64,000 nucleotides of DNA from Syntrophales bacterium (GCA_963668175.1 OY764159.1:3008001-3072000); one strand, 5' to 3'. Positions 11,538 to 22,164 are shown, counted from the stretch's first letter. The notes: generated from the sequence alone by a model not told the origin. Made by a program: numbers and translations.

Positions 11538-11677
11538 TCCCGCTGCGGACTCCAATCGCCGCCGTCCGCCTTGAAATTACCGTTGACTCGCCGGACCGAT
11601 CTCTCTATAGTAACACCGGGATCGGTGGAAGATTCACCGGCCGTATTTTCCCTTCCTGCACAACGGAGGGCATATCG

Positions 11678-13093
11678 ATGAAGCGATCTTTTCCTGCCGC
11701 TTCGGCGGTCTTCGTCTTTCTTTGCAGCGTGACGTTTTCACTTGCGGCCATGAAAACATTTGTCCGCGAGTATACGTACGAGGCCGGGGAGGTTGACAGC
11801 AAGGCCACCTGCCGGACTATCGCCTTGGAGCAGGTCAAGCGGCAGATCCTGGAAGAACTGGGCACCTACGTGGAATCGACGACCGTCGTCAAGGACATGC
11901 AGGTGAACCGGGACGATATCAGGACCATGACGGCCGGTGTCGTCCAGACGACGGTGCTGGACGAGACATGGGACGGGCGGGCGTACTGGCTCAAGGCCCA
12001 GGTAAAGGCCGACCCCGACGATGTCGCCGCCTCCATCGACAAAATGCGCAAAGACGATCAGCTGATGAAGGACCTCGAACAGTCGCGCCTGGAGACCGCC
12101 CTCGCCCTGGATGAAATCCAACAGCTCAAGGACAAGCTCGCGAAGACCGAAGGGGACAACAAACAGGTCCAGGAGCAGTATACGGAAGCCGTCAACCAGA
12201 TCGCCGCGGCGAATCTGTTCGAGCAGGGCACGGCCTACTCCCAGGCCGGCAATTACGATGCCGCCGCCCGTTCCTTCAATCAGGCCGTCATCCTCCGGCC
12301 GCAGGACCCCAAGATCTACATGAACCGCAGCATCGCCTATATCCAGACGGGGAATTACGAGTATGCGGCCCGCGATCTGGACAGGGCCGCATCGCTGAAC
12401 GCAGCCGGTGCGGGCGTCTATATCAGCCGTGCCGCGGCCTATAAACAGGCATACGAGGCGCGCAGGCCCGCGTCAGCGGGACGGGCGACGCCGCAAACCA
12501 GACCCGGTTACGATCTTCGCGGCGGGAGCGATCCCCTGCAACGGATCATCGACGCCAGGCGGTCCCGGCTGAACGCCGAAAAGAGATCACCATCGCCTCC
12601 GCCGGAATTGCGGCGCAGCGAACAGGTCCCTTCGCCCGGCACGGCTGCGCGTTTCCGTCAGCCCCATCTCCCGGAATCGCCGGACGCGAAACGTCAGACG
12701 AGTCGCGAACAGCTGCGGAAAGAGAGGGAGGAGGCCAGGAAGTCGCGGCTTCAGGACCTCAACAAGAAGCGAGAAGATGAACGCGCCGACCGGAGAAGAG
12801 AAATGAAAAGACCGGAGCGCATGAAGGCGGAACAGCCGAAAATGGACGCATCCGGAAAGGAACAGCGCGGGAAGGAACCGACGAGGCCGGAGCGGCCAAA
12901 GATCGACAAATCCGGAAAGGAACGCCCGCAAAAGGACGCGGCCAAAACCGAGCGGCCAAAGATCGACAAGTCCGGCAAGGAACATCTGCAAAGAGACACG
13001 ACCAAACCCGAGCGGCCCAAAATCGATCGCGACACAGACCGGAAAGACAAGCCGGACAGGACGGAACGCAAAAGCCGCGATCAGGAGCGGTAG
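11678..13093 (+). CDS. Secreted TPR protein with coiled coil and a charged repetitive C-terminal tail
   Basis: GGAGG RBS, signal peptide, TPR motifs (GNYDAAARSFNQAVILRP; YMNRSIAYIQTGNYEYAARDLDRA). Confidence 0.75.
   Translation: MKRSFPAASAVFVFLCSVTFSLAAMKTFVREYTYEAGEVDSKATCRTIALEQVKRQILEELGTYVESTTVVKDMQVNRDDIRTMTAGVVQTTVLDETWDGRAYWLKAQVKADPDDVAASIDKMRKDDQLMKDLEQSRLETALALDEIQQLKDKLAKTEGDNKQVQEQYTEAVNQIAAANLFEQGTAYSQAGNYDAAARSFNQAVILRPQDPKIYMNRSIAYIQTGNYEYAARDLDRAASLNAAGAGVYISRAAAYKQAYEARRPASAGRATPQTRPGYDLRGGSDPLQRIIDARRSRLNAEKRSPSPPPELRRSEQVPSPGTAARFRQPHLPESPDAKRQTSREQLRKEREEARKSRLQDLNKKREDERADRRREMKRPERMKAEQPKMDASGKEQRGKEPTRPERPKIDKSGKERPQKDAAKTERPKIDKSGKEHLQRDTTKPERPKIDRDTDRKDKPDRTERKSRDQER
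12826..13030 (+). repeat. 60-bp (20-aa) degenerate tandem repeat, about 3.4 copies
   Basis: The motif GAGCGGCCAAAGATCGACAARTCCGGMAAGGAAC recurs, with variation, at a 60-nt period and encodes ERPKIDKSGKE-x9. Confidence 0.9.
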
Positions 13094-13104
13094 AAAGCGA
13101 AAAC

Positions 13105-13605
13105 ATGGCGGGAAGCCCTCGGGAAATCGCGATTCCGATCTACATCCTGGAGGTCCTGGCGGCCTGCCTCATCTGCTATCTCCTCTACCTGGCCTTTCCC
13201 GGTTATAAGCTTATCTGGGCGCTGATCTTTGTTCCGGTGGTCCTGTCCCCCATCCGTGACAAGTCCCGAAAGCTTGCCCTAAGCAGGATCGAGGCCAACT
13301 TCCTCGGCGCATCCGTCGGTTTTCTCCTGCTGCTCGCGGGCAAACCGGCACTTCTGTCCTTCTGTCTCGGCGCGGCGGCGACCATTCTCATCTGTCACGC
13401 CTTGTCGATCGTCGACACGGCCCGGTCGGCCCTCCTCACCCTCGTTACGGTCGCAATCCCCCAATACACGGAGCCGGGATACGTCGTAGCGGCGGAGAGA
13501 ATCCTCTTCGTCACGACCGGCTGCCTGATCGCCCTCCTCGTTGTCCTCGCAACCGACCGTCTGCTGCAATTGCGGCCGAAGCGGCGCAGGGAGGAGACGA
13601 CATGA
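13105..13605 (+). CDS. FUSC/ArAE-like small membrane protein (copy 1)
   Basis: Hydrophobic; WALI..VVLSP, RIEANFLGASVG, ARSAL, ERIL..TTGCLIA pattern of FUSC-type membrane domains. Confidence 0.7.
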   Translation: MAGSPREIAIPIYILEVLAACLICYLLYLAFPGYKLIWALIFVPVVLSPIRDKSRKLALSRIEANFLGASVGFLLLLAGKPALLSFCLGAAATILICHALSIVDTARSALLTLVTVAIPQYTEPGYVVAAERILFVTTGCLIALLVVLATDRLLQLRPKRRREETT

Positions 13606-14129
13606 AGGGAACGCGGAAACCGGCGGCTTCTCTGGCGGGCCATCCCGTGGCTGTCTATATCCTGGAGTTCTGGACGGCCTCCGCCGCCGCTTACGGCCTG
13701 CTCCTGCTCTACCCCCGTCACAGGCTGGTCTGGGCGATGACCTCGATCGCCCTGGTCCTTTCCGTAAAAAGCTCGGAGTCGAAGAAATCGATTTACGGCC
13801 GGATCAAGGCCAATGTGCTCGGCGCCGCAGTCGGAGGGATACTGATGCTCGTCCCGCTGCCGGATTTCGTCCTGTTCTGCGCGGGCGTATGCTGCACCGT
13901 TTTTTGCTGCAAATACCTCGGCATCTATTCCGTAGTCCGCACGGCGCTGGTGGCCCTGGTCATCGTCATGATCCCCGCTTACGAGGAGGGACGCACGATT
14001 GCCGCCGTCGAGCGCGTGTCCTGCGTTGCGATCGGCTGCCTTATCGCTTTCGCCGTTACATGGCTCTTCGATTGTATCCTGGGGAAAATAGAGGCGCCGG
14101 AAGAAAAACCTTCGGCCGGCGGAGCTTGA
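13602..14129 (+). CDS. FUSC/ArAE-like small membrane protein (copy 2)
   Basis: WAMTSIALVLS, RIKANVLGAAVG, RTAL, ERVSCVAIGCLIA; paralogue of the upstream gene, ATGA overlap. Confidence 0.7.
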   Translation: MKGTRKPAASLAGHPVAVYILEFWTASAAAYGLLLLYPRHRLVWAMTSIALVLSVKSSESKKSIYGRIKANVLGAAVGGILMLVPLPDFVLFCAGVCCTVFCCKYLGIYSVVRTALVALVIVMIPAYEEGRTIAAVERVSCVAIGCLIAFAVTWLFDCILGKIEAPEEKPSAGGA

Positions 14130-14150
14130 CCGGCGGCAGCGGCGCCGTTT

Positions 14151-16976
14151 TCAGGCCCGGAACGGTTTGTCGAGTTCGTTCCTTACGGCCTGGCCCAGCC
14201 GTTCCATGATGTACGGCTTGCGGACATAGGTGCCGACGCCGAGCAACCGGACCTCGTCCACCCGGTCCATCTCGGCGAAGCCGCTGACGATGATCGCCTT
14301 CTGTCGGGGATGGATTTCCAGGATTCTCCGATAGGCTTCCATCCCGTCGATGCCGGGGTCCATGATCATGTCCAGGACGATCAGGTCCACTTGATTGAGC
14401 ATCATGTAAGCTACCGCCTCTTCGCCGCTCGATACGGACGTCACCCGGTAGTTCAGCTTGGAGAGCATCCGCACGGCCAGGTCCCGCTGCCCTTTCACAT
14501 CGTCCACGACCAGGACGGTCTCCCCGTTGCCCATGTATTCCGATACCGGCACCGCGGCGTCCTGTTCCGTCAGGGGCTCCGAAGTCACCGGGAAGTAGAG
14601 GGTCAGGGTCGTCCCGCAGCCGAGCTTGCTTTCCACGTCGATGTATCCGTTATGGTCCTTGACCGTTCCCCAGACCACGGACAGTCCCAGGCCCGTGCCG
14701 CTCCGGCCCATGACCTTTTTCGTATAGAATGGCTCGAATATCCGCTTCAGGTCCGCCGCAGGAATCCCGACCCCCGTGTCCGATACGGACAGGACGACGT
14801 AATCTCCCTCCCGGACATGGTCGTATCCCTGGATGGGTTTGTCCAGGTAGCGGTTCCCCGTGCGGACGGTGAGGAGACCCCCGTCCGGCATGGCCTCCAT
14901 GGCGTTGGAGAACAGGTTCATAACGGTCTTCGCCAGATGGACGGGAGACCCCACGATGTTCGGCAGGCCGCCTTCCAGGTCGGTCGTGATCTGGACTTTC
15001 GGACACATGGAGCGGAGCTTGTAAAATTCCGGCGCCATCTGGTAGTCCATGACGATCGTATTGAGGTTGACGACCTTCCCGGTCTTGACGCCTCTCCTGG
15101 CCAGGGTCAGTAAGTCCTGGACGATCGCCGACGCCCTTTCGCCGCCTCTCATGATGTTTTCGGCATGCTCCCGGAAAGGATGAGATTCGTTCGTCTCGGA
15201 CATGAGCATCTCCGCATAGCCGACGACGACGCCGAGGACGTTGTTGAGATCGTGGGCGACTCCGCCGGCCAGCGTGCCCAGGGCTTCCATCTTCTCCGCC
15301 CGCTGCAGACGCTCCTCCAGGATCGCGCGGTCCAGTTCGGAGTCCTTGCGTTCCGTGATGTCCCGAAGGACGCCGTCGCTTTTCAGATACTGTCCCCCTT
15401 CATCGAATGCGGCGCGATTGTTCAGTTCGAACCAGTAGGATGTGCCGTCCTTCGCCAGGCCTTTGAATTGCAGGCCGCGGACAAATTCCCGCCGCTCTTC
15501 AATCGCGGCCCGATACGTGACGGCGAGGCGGTCGATATCCTCCGGATGGATGAACTCCCGGAAGTGGCGGCCCACAACGTCCCGGTTTTCGTAACCGTAG
15601 CGGTGCAGAACGTCTTCGCTCACCGTCGTGATGTTTCCTTCGGAGTCCAGCGAATAGATGAGATCGGGAATGTTGTTGGTCAGGGTCCTGTATTTTTCTT
15701 CGCTGGCCTTGAGGGCGTTTTCGGCCTGTTTGCGCTCCGTGATGTCCCTCGTGATTCCCAGGATGCCGACGGGGTTCCCGGCCGTATCCCGGATGAACGT
15801 CATCTTGATGTCGGCGCGGACGATTTTTCCCGCCCGGCTTATGTGCTCGATCTCGACGGTCCGCGTGCGGTCGATATCGCGGTCCGGCCTCTTTTCCGCT
15901 TCCATCTCTTCGGCAAAGACCTGCAGGCAATAATCCAGCGAGGAGGGCATCATGATGACCCGAAGGGGCAGCTTCACGAATTCATCGGGTTCGTATCCGA
16001 GGATTTGCCGCACGTAGGGGCTGATGTATGTGAAGTTCAGGTCCATGTCCATCAACCAGATGGCGTCCCGGAGATTTTCGGTCATCAGCCGGAATCGTTC
16101 CTCGCTCACCCGCAGGGCCTCCGCCGCCCGTTTCTGATCGGTGATATCGCGGGCGATAAAGAGGACGCCGGAAGGCTTCCCTCGATCCATGAGAAGGGAC
16201 GAGCGGATGTCCATCAGGAACACGGACCCGTCGTGCGGCGATACGACCCGCCACTCGTACGAGAGCGTATCGGCAAGGCCGTGGCGGCGCGCTTCCAGCA
16301 TGGTCAGATGGGCGGGAACGGTTTCCGGCGATAACAAGTCCTTCATCGCCATGCCGGTCACGTCCCTACCTCCGCATAGCTCGGCACATGCCCTGTTGAC
16401 GTACGTCACGATGCCGTCCAGGTTGATCGTAATGATAATGTCGTGGGCCGTTTCGGCGAGGTTCCGGTACATGTCCTCCGACCGGCGCACCGCTTCTTCC
16501 GCCAGTTTTCTTTCCGTGATATCCCTGACGTAGCCAAGGGAGGCGGACTGCCCCTGGTAGGAGATCAGCGACGACGATATCTCGACGTTGAGGATTCTTC
16601 CGTCCTTGCGGACGACCCGGCATTCGTATTGCCGGTTGACGGGTTCGCCCCGCTGCCTCTTCCGGGCATAATCCCTCACCATTTCCGCGTCATCGGGGTG
16701 TACCCCGGCAAAAGCCGGCCGGGACGCCAGATCCTCATGGTCGTCGTAACCCAGCAACTCCATGTATTGTTGATTGAAATAGAGACACTGCTCGCCCCGC
16801 AAAATCACGACGCCGTCGTTGGCATGCTCGATGGCGAAACGATAGTAGTCGTCCTTGTCCCCGGGATGAGCCGATACCGTCCGAGCCGCCGAAGATTCCT
16901 TTTCCAGCACATCGATACGCCGATGCAGCGCGGCGATCTCTTCCCGAAGGCGTTCGTTGGTTTTATCTTCTTCCAT
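14151..16976 (-). CDS. Multi-PAS hybrid histidine kinase with receiver
   Basis: Four PAS domains, AHDLNN, NLFSNA, DTGVG, FEPFYT, GTGLGL, receiver VVDD...DMIM...KPY. Start set at MEEDK. Confidence 0.9.
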   Translation of the reverse strand: MEEDKTNERLREEIAALHRRIDVLEKESSAARTVSAHPGDKDDYYRFAIEHANDGVVILRGEQCLYFNQQYMELLGYDDHEDLASRPAFAGVHPDDAEMVRDYARKRQRGEPVNRQYECRVVRKDGRILNVEISSSLISYQGQSASLGYVRDITERKLAEEAVRRSEDMYRNLAETAHDIIITINLDGIVTYVNRACAELCGGRDVTGMAMKDLLSPETVPAHLTMLEARRHGLADTLSYEWRVVSPHDGSVFLMDIRSSLLMDRGKPSGVLFIARDITDQKRAAEALRVSEERFRLMTENLRDAIWLMDMDLNFTYISPYVRQILGYEPDEFVKLPLRVIMMPSSLDYCLQVFAEEMEAEKRPDRDIDRTRTVEIEHISRAGKIVRADIKMTFIRDTAGNPVGILGITRDITERKQAENALKASEEKYRTLTNNIPDLIYSLDSEGNITTVSEDVLHRYGYENRDVVGRHFREFIHPEDIDRLAVTYRAAIEERREFVRGLQFKGLAKDGTSYWFELNNRAAFDEGGQYLKSDGVLRDITERKDSELDRAILEERLQRAEKMEALGTLAGGVAHDLNNVLGVVVGYAEMLMSETNESHPFREHAENIMRGGERASAIVQDLLTLARRGVKTGKVVNLNTIVMDYQMAPEFYKLRSMCPKVQITTDLEGGLPNIVGSPVHLAKTVMNLFSNAMEAMPDGGLLTVRTGNRYLDKPIQGYDHVREGDYVVLSVSDTGVGIPAADLKRIFEPFYTKKVMGRSGTGLGLSVVWGTVKDHNGYIDVESKLGCGTTLTLYFPVTSEPLTEQDAAVPVSEYMGNGETVLVVDDVKGQRDLAVRMLSKLNYRVTSVSSGEEAVAYMMLNQVDLIVLDMIMDPGIDGMEAYRRILEIHPRQKAIIVSGFAEMDRVDEVRLLGVGTYVRKPYIMERLGQAVRNELDKPFRA

Positions 16977-17163
16977 GAAGGCCAGCAACTCCCGATGATA
17001 TCGTCGGTTGTAGAGCCGATCCCGAGCACATATCAGTCCTTGCAGCAAATGAGGGCGAGGATTTCCGGGAAAGGCTGACAAGCCGGATGTTTCCCGGTCC
17101 AACCGGCAATGTGCGGCAATATTTGATTGATGTTGATTTATTGTACCAGAACTATTTCAGATT

Positions 17164-20100
17164 TCAAGACTTGAAAATGTCTCTCGCCGGGGCGGCATCT
17201 CTCTTTACATCCGGATCGGGTCTTCTGTCCAGGAGCCTGCGGACGGCTTCCGCGAGTTGATGCCTCCGGACCGGCTTCGGCAGAAATTGCGTTATGCCGG
17301 AAATATACTGCTGTTCCATGTCTTCTTTTTCCTGGAATCCCGAACACAGGATGATCGGGATATCCGCACGTATCCCCCTGATCTTCCGCGCTACGTCGAA
17401 TCCCGTCATGCGGGGCATCGTTTTATCCGTAATGACCATGTCGAATGCGTCTTTGTCCCGCTCGAATATCTCTACCGCCTTCAGTGGATCCGTTTCCGCA
17501 ACGACACTGTAGCCAAGCGTTTCCAGCAGCTCCCTGCCCATATCCGCCAGGATCGCCTCGTCGTCGATAAAGAGAATCCGTTCGTTTCCCAGCGGGGGGC
17601 CCGCTTCGTCAGGAAGATCTCCGGAACCGGTACCCTCACCGGCCTGCTTCAGATATACGTGGAAGACGCTGCCCTTGTCGGGTTCGCTGTAGACCTTGAT
17701 CATGCCTCCATGATCCTGGACGATGCCCATGGCCACGGCGAGGCCCAGTCCCGTTCCTTCCCCTGTTTTCCTTGTCGTGAAGTAAGGTTCGAATATCTTC
17801 TCCATATCCTCCTGCCCGATGCCGCAGCCCGTGTCGCGGACGAACATATCGAGATAGCGGCCGGGGACCAGGGAGGGGTAAGCAGCCTTATTCTCTTCGC
17901 CGACGACGGTATCGGCGAGCCCCAACTCCAGGATGCCGCCGCTGTGCGTCATGGCGTAACCGGCATTCGTACAGAGGTTCATCAGCACCTGGTGGATTTT
18001 CGTCGGGTCGGCGATGGTCAGATCCGAAGCCGTGTTTATATTCAGCCTGATATCGATGGTCGTCGGCAGGGACGCCCTCATGAACTTGGCGACCTCCTTC
18101 ACCATGGGGACAAGCATCGTCGGCGTCTTTTCCTGTTCGGTCTGGCGGCTGAACAGAAGGATCTGTTTGACCAGGTCCTTCGCCCGGACGGCTGCCTTGA
18201 CGACCTGCTCCATGCTGTGGAAGACCTTCGGCCGGTCGCGGACCATCTCCTTGTAGAGTTCGGAATAGCCCATGATGGCGCTCAGAATATTGTTGAAGTC
18301 GTGGGCGATCCCGCCCGCAAGACGGCCGATGGATTCCATCTTCTGCGCCCGAAAGAGATGGGCCTGGAGCTTCTCCCGCTCTTCCCCGGCCCTCACCCGC
18401 TCCGTGATGTCCTGCGCGGTCTGGATGGCGCCGATGATCTCTCCCTGCTCGTTGTAGAGACGGGCCGCCCTGATAAACTGGGTCCTTTCTTCTCCGTTGA
18501 GCCATATCGTGTCGATGCTCTCAAAGGCGCTCGCCAGAAGATCGCTCTTCCTGATCCCTTTGTCGCTGCATGTCTCCACGATCTCGTCGTCGCTCATCAC
18601 CAGAATCAGTTCGGCCATGGTCCTGGGCTTCCGCCCCTGATTAAGAAAACTGAGATCAAGTGGCTTGCCCAGAACCTCTTCCTTCGCCTTTCCCGTATAG
18701 ACGGCGTTGCTTTGATTCCAGTGGATGACGTTCAGGTCGCGGTCGATGACGAAAGTGGGCACGGGAATGCCGTCGAGGATGGAAACGAGCAGGGCGTGTT
18801 CGGCCGACAGGGCCACTTCCATGGAATGCCGCTCGCTGATATCCCGAATCGTTTCTATGGCGGCGATGACCTCGCCTGTGGAATCGCGCAGGACGGAGGC
18901 CGTGGCCGAAAGATGGGTCTTGCCCGCGGGAAGGTTCGGCGTAAAGGCTTCGCCGAAGAAAATATCCCCGACTTTGCGGATGGTCGTGTAGAGATTCTCC
19001 ATGTCGGGTTCGGGGTGGAGGGCGAAATCGATCAGAATGGGCCTCCTCTCCCCGTAAAAGGGTATGGCGTATTCCCGGTCGCCCTTACCGAGCATGTCTT
19101 CCGCTTTGATGCCCGTCATGGCCTCGATGGCCTTATTCCAGGCAATCACTTTGCCGTCCCGGTCGATCACCAGGGTGGCGTCGGGCAGGAAGTCGATGAT
19201 ATCGGACAGCCGCCGCTGGGATTCCCGGAGTTCCTCCTGCATCTGCCTGCGGGCCGTCGTATCCTCGCCCGTGCCCTCGTAACAGATGACCTCTCCCTTT
19301 TCGTCCCGGACGACCCTGGCGTTGATGTGGACCCAGATCGTCCCGCCGCTCCGATGTCGGAACGCGGCTTCGAACCCCCTGACGACGCCCGCTGTTTCGA
19401 GCAAATGGATGAACTGCCCGCGGTTGTCCGGATCGGCATAGAGTTGCCGTCCTATATTCGTGACATCGGCCAGCATTGCCTCCGGCGTTTCGTAGCCGAA
19501 CATCCTGGCCAGGGCCGGATTGACCTTCAGAAGTTTTCCCTCCGGCGTCGTCTGGAAGAACCCTTCGACGGCGCTGTCGAAGATGCGGCGGTATTCTTCC
19601 TCGCTCTTCCTGAGGGCCGCCTCCGCCTTGATGCGCGATTCCTGCTCAAGGAGAACGATAGCCAGCAGAAGGGTGCCCAGCGGATAGATGACGATCACCG
19701 GCAGACCGACCCGGGACAGGGTATCGTATGTGAGACCGGCGGGCAGGGTTGCGGTCAGGACCAGCATCCAGGCATGGACGACAAAGCCGAATTCAAGAAG
19801 GTGGATGGGTTTAACAAAATCGGGCCGACGGCGGCGCAGGTGATAGTAGGCGACACCGATCGCGGCCGAGGAGACGATGACGGAAACGCCCATGACGGTG
19901 CCGGGTCCCCCGAGCGATACCCGGTAGACGATGGCGATGACGGCGGCAATGGCGGCAGTGACCCAGCCGCCGATGAAACCGGCGATGCTGATGACGATCG
20001 AACGGCCGTCGAAGATAAGCCCTTTCGAAAGGACAAACGGGTTGAGCATCCCGATGACGGCCACTGCCCCGAAGAGGAGGCCGGAAACGATCATACGGGC

Positions 20101-20196
20101 GGGCGACTGGTGTTCCCAGCGGCGCGCAATGAGGCTGTAGAAGATACTTAAAGCAACGATCAGGGTGATGTTGTTGACGAAGGTCAAAGGGAACAT
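17164..20196 (-). CDS. Membrane (5TMR-LYT-like) PAS hybrid histidine kinase with receiver
   Basis: N-terminal TM block with GLIFDGR (LytS/YhcK-type), three PAS domains, AHDFNN, NLCTNA, FEPYFTT, GTGLGL, receiver. GGAGA RBS before ATG 20196. Confidence 0.9.
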   Translation of the reverse strand: MFPLTFVNNITLIVALSIFYSLIARRWEHQSPARMIVSGLLFGAVAVIGMLNPFVLSKGLIFDGRSIVISIAGFIGGWVTAAIAAVIAIVYRVSLGGPGTVMGVSVIVSSAAIGVAYYHLRRRRPDFVKPIHLLEFGFVVHAWMLVLTATLPAGLTYDTLSRVGLPVIVIYPLGTLLLAIVLLEQESRIKAEAALRKSEEEYRRIFDSAVEGFFQTTPEGKLLKVNPALARMFGYETPEAMLADVTNIGRQLYADPDNRGQFIHLLETAGVVRGFEAAFRHRSGGTIWVHINARVVRDEKGEVICYEGTGEDTTARRQMQEELRESQRRLSDIIDFLPDATLVIDRDGKVIAWNKAIEAMTGIKAEDMLGKGDREYAIPFYGERRPILIDFALHPEPDMENLYTTIRKVGDIFFGEAFTPNLPAGKTHLSATASVLRDSTGEVIAAIETIRDISERHSMEVALSAEHALLVSILDGIPVPTFVIDRDLNVIHWNQSNAVYTGKAKEEVLGKPLDLSFLNQGRKPRTMAELILVMSDDEIVETCSDKGIRKSDLLASAFESIDTIWLNGEERTQFIRAARLYNEQGEIIGAIQTAQDITERVRAGEEREKLQAHLFRAQKMESIGRLAGGIAHDFNNILSAIMGYSELYKEMVRDRPKVFHSMEQVVKAAVRAKDLVKQILLFSRQTEQEKTPTMLVPMVKEVAKFMRASLPTTIDIRLNINTASDLTIADPTKIHQVLMNLCTNAGYAMTHSGGILELGLADTVVGEENKAAYPSLVPGRYLDMFVRDTGCGIGQEDMEKIFEPYFTTRKTGEGTGLGLAVAMGIVQDHGGMIKVYSEPDKGSVFHVYLKQAGEGTGSGDLPDEAGPPLGNERILFIDDEAILADMGRELLETLGYSVVAETDPLKAVEIFERDKDAFDMVITDKTMPRMTGFDVARKIRGIRADIPIILCSGFQEKEDMEQQYISGITQFLPKPVRRHQLAEAVRRLLDRRPDPDVKRDAAPARDIFKS

Positions 20197-20340
20197 CGTG
20201 TCTCCATCATGTTCAGCCCTTTGCAGCCTTCGACGTTCAAGCGGCCGCGACATCCCGGAGTACGGACTGGTCGGATCAGGGCTTCCGGCCGGGTTTCTTC
20301 AGGATGCCCGGCGGATTCAGGGGACGGCGCGTCGATGCCG

Positions 20341-20868
20341 TCAGAGATTGAAATACCTGTTCATCAGCTCTCTCACCTGTTCCTTCTCCTTTTCGTCGCC
20401 GCCCAGTCTTTCAACGATCAGGGGCAGCCACTTGTCCCACTCGGCACCCAGGAAGTGGTCCTGGATGTCTTTATACAATTCCTCCGAAAGATCGCGATAG
20501 TTCAGGAGGCTCCACAAGGCCTCGATCTTGATCTCGTATTGCGGAGCGGTTTTCCAGAGGCCGTAGAGAAAGGCCTTGAGGTCTTCGTAATCGTGAAAAT
20601 GGCGCAGCAGCCGGATGGCAAATTGACGGAGCAGGAGGCTCTTGTCGGCGGCCGAGGCTATGTCCTTCAGGATCGCCCTGTCGCCGTCGGCGATCTCCGC
20701 CAAACAGTAATTGAAAAGGGGATAGGCGTTTAAATGGGGCAGCAACCCGTCTTCCAGGTCTTCCCCGCTTCTGAGATCCTGGATCGCTTTCCTGGCCGCG
20801 TACCGGTATAGAATTTCCTGTCTTCCCGTATCCATAACCGTCGTCTTTAACTGCGATTCGCGATGCAT
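20341..20868 (-). CDS. Hypothetical alpha-helical protein
   Basis: ORF lies co-directionally between the HDOD gene and the kinase; no motif recognised; start uncertain. Confidence 0.6.
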   Translation of the reverse strand: MHRESQLKTTVMDTGRQEILYRYAARKAIQDLRSGEDLEDGLLPHLNAYPLFNYCLAEIADGDRAILKDIASAADKSLLLRQFAIRLLRHFHDYEDLKAFLYGLWKTAPQYEIKIEALWSLLNYRDLSEELYKDIQDHFLGAEWDKWLPLIVERLGGDEKEKEQVRELMNRYFNL

Positions 20869-20902
20869 CCCCGGTGCGTCTCATCGTCCGGGCATGGTCA
20901 GG

Positions 20903-21769
20903 TCAGGATTGACCTTGACCCATGATAAAATCCCTGTATTCCGGGTATTCCTCTTCAATCTTCTGCCGTATGGCGTCCCTTTTCTTACGGCTCGGGAGTT
21001 TCAGAGCGTCCCACTCATTCTTCGCCAGGGTATTCGGATGGGCCAGTCCTATTCCGAGGTCCGAACAGATTACGTCCGCCGCTTTGGTGATCAGGACGAT
21101 CTTTCTCAACAGGGGGTCGGAAATCTCGTCCAGGAGGCCGTCCTTATGATGGCTGACGATGACGAATCTCAGATTTTCCGGGAGATGCCACTGGTCGGCA
21201 ACGAACCCGCCGACATCGCAATGGTCGAATCCCAGGAGTTCTTTTTCCGCTTCCTCGAAAGGAATACCCCTTTCCCTGACCGTCCGGATCACGTCGGCAT
21301 AGCGGTCCCGCATGTTGAGGTTGATAACGACCTTGCCGATATCGTGGAGGAGGCCGTAGATGAGCGGTTCATCCGCGGGCAGAAGGCCCGTTTCCCTCGC
21401 GATGATCGTGGCCCCGACGGAAACGGCCATGTTGTGTTCCCAAAGGGCCCGGTCCGTCTCGTCCGCGGGTCGCAAAACGTCTTTCAGGGATGCCGCGAAG
21501 AGATAGGCTTTCGTGGCCGTGAAACCGATGCGGATGACGGCGCCGGTAACATCCGCCACGCTGCTGTCCCTTCTGTAGAAGGCCGAATTGCCGATTCGCA
21601 GGAGCCGGGACGCAAAGGACTGGTCGAGGGAGATAACCTTGATCAATTCTTTGAGCGACGAGGCCTCGTCGGCAATGACTTGCAGGACTTTGACGGCCAC
21701 CGCGGGAAGCGAAGGGACATCGGTGACGATTTCGCTTATATCTTTCGATTTATCCATCATTGATAACAT
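20903..21769 (-). CDS. HDOD-domain signalling protein
   Basis: VPSLPAVA, DQSFASRLLRIGNSAFY, LWEHN, GLLHDIGK, GFDHCDVG, WHLP. Start at 21769, 21760 or 21757. Confidence 0.9.
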   Translation of the reverse strand: MLSMMDKSKDISEIVTDVPSLPAVAVKVLQVIADEASSLKELIKVISLDQSFASRLLRIGNSAFYRRDSSVADVTGAVIRIGFTATKAYLFAASLKDVLRPADETDRALWEHNMAVSVGATIIARETGLLPADEPLIYGLLHDIGKVVINLNMRDRYADVIRTVRERGIPFEEAEKELLGFDHCDVGGFVADQWHLPENLRFVIVSHHKDGLLDEISDPLLRKIVLITKAADVICSDLGIGLAHPNTLAKNEWDALKLPSRKKRDAIRQKIEEEYPEYRDFIMGQGQS

Positions 21770-22164
21770 CACGCCATTTCCGGAATCTCGGACGGAGAGA
21801 GGACAACGCCGAGAAGCGTCTCGATCTTGAAGCCGCAATGGCCGTTCATACCGAACGGATCTTATGTCTCCCCCCATCTCAACGACTGTAATGTACATCA
21901 CATAATGGCGCTTTTCAAATATATTTCTATCGCCGCCGCCGATTTTTTCCGCGTATCCTGAAGGACCGAAGAAACCGGTCCGGATATCCATATCCCGACC
22001 CGTCCGACGGTCTTCGCCGGACCGCTTCCGAATGCATTTCGGGGGACCGGGCGTTTCCCTTTTCCGGATTGATTGTGAAGCCGATGGGATGCACAAGAAA
22101 AACAGCAAACAGAGGGGCTTGGCAGCAATGCGCGACCGTCGTCAGCGCCTGCGGAACGATTCCA

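Noticed and set aside
10814..11677. Upstream extensions of the TPR ORF (and 9843-10313 of the CoA-transferase ORF)
   Set aside because: They overlap real genes in another frame; internal ATGs with good RBS explain the proteins.
12826..13030. 60-bp periodic repeats as a CRISPR array
   Set aside because: In-frame coding repeats that vary between copies; no cas genes or leader.
17257..20151. 964-aa plus-strand ORF (also 47788-50178, 43916-45550, 9819-11555, 52949-54592, 61928-63814)
   Set aside because: Antisense shadows of well-supported genes, expected from high-GC codon bias; no recognisable motifs.
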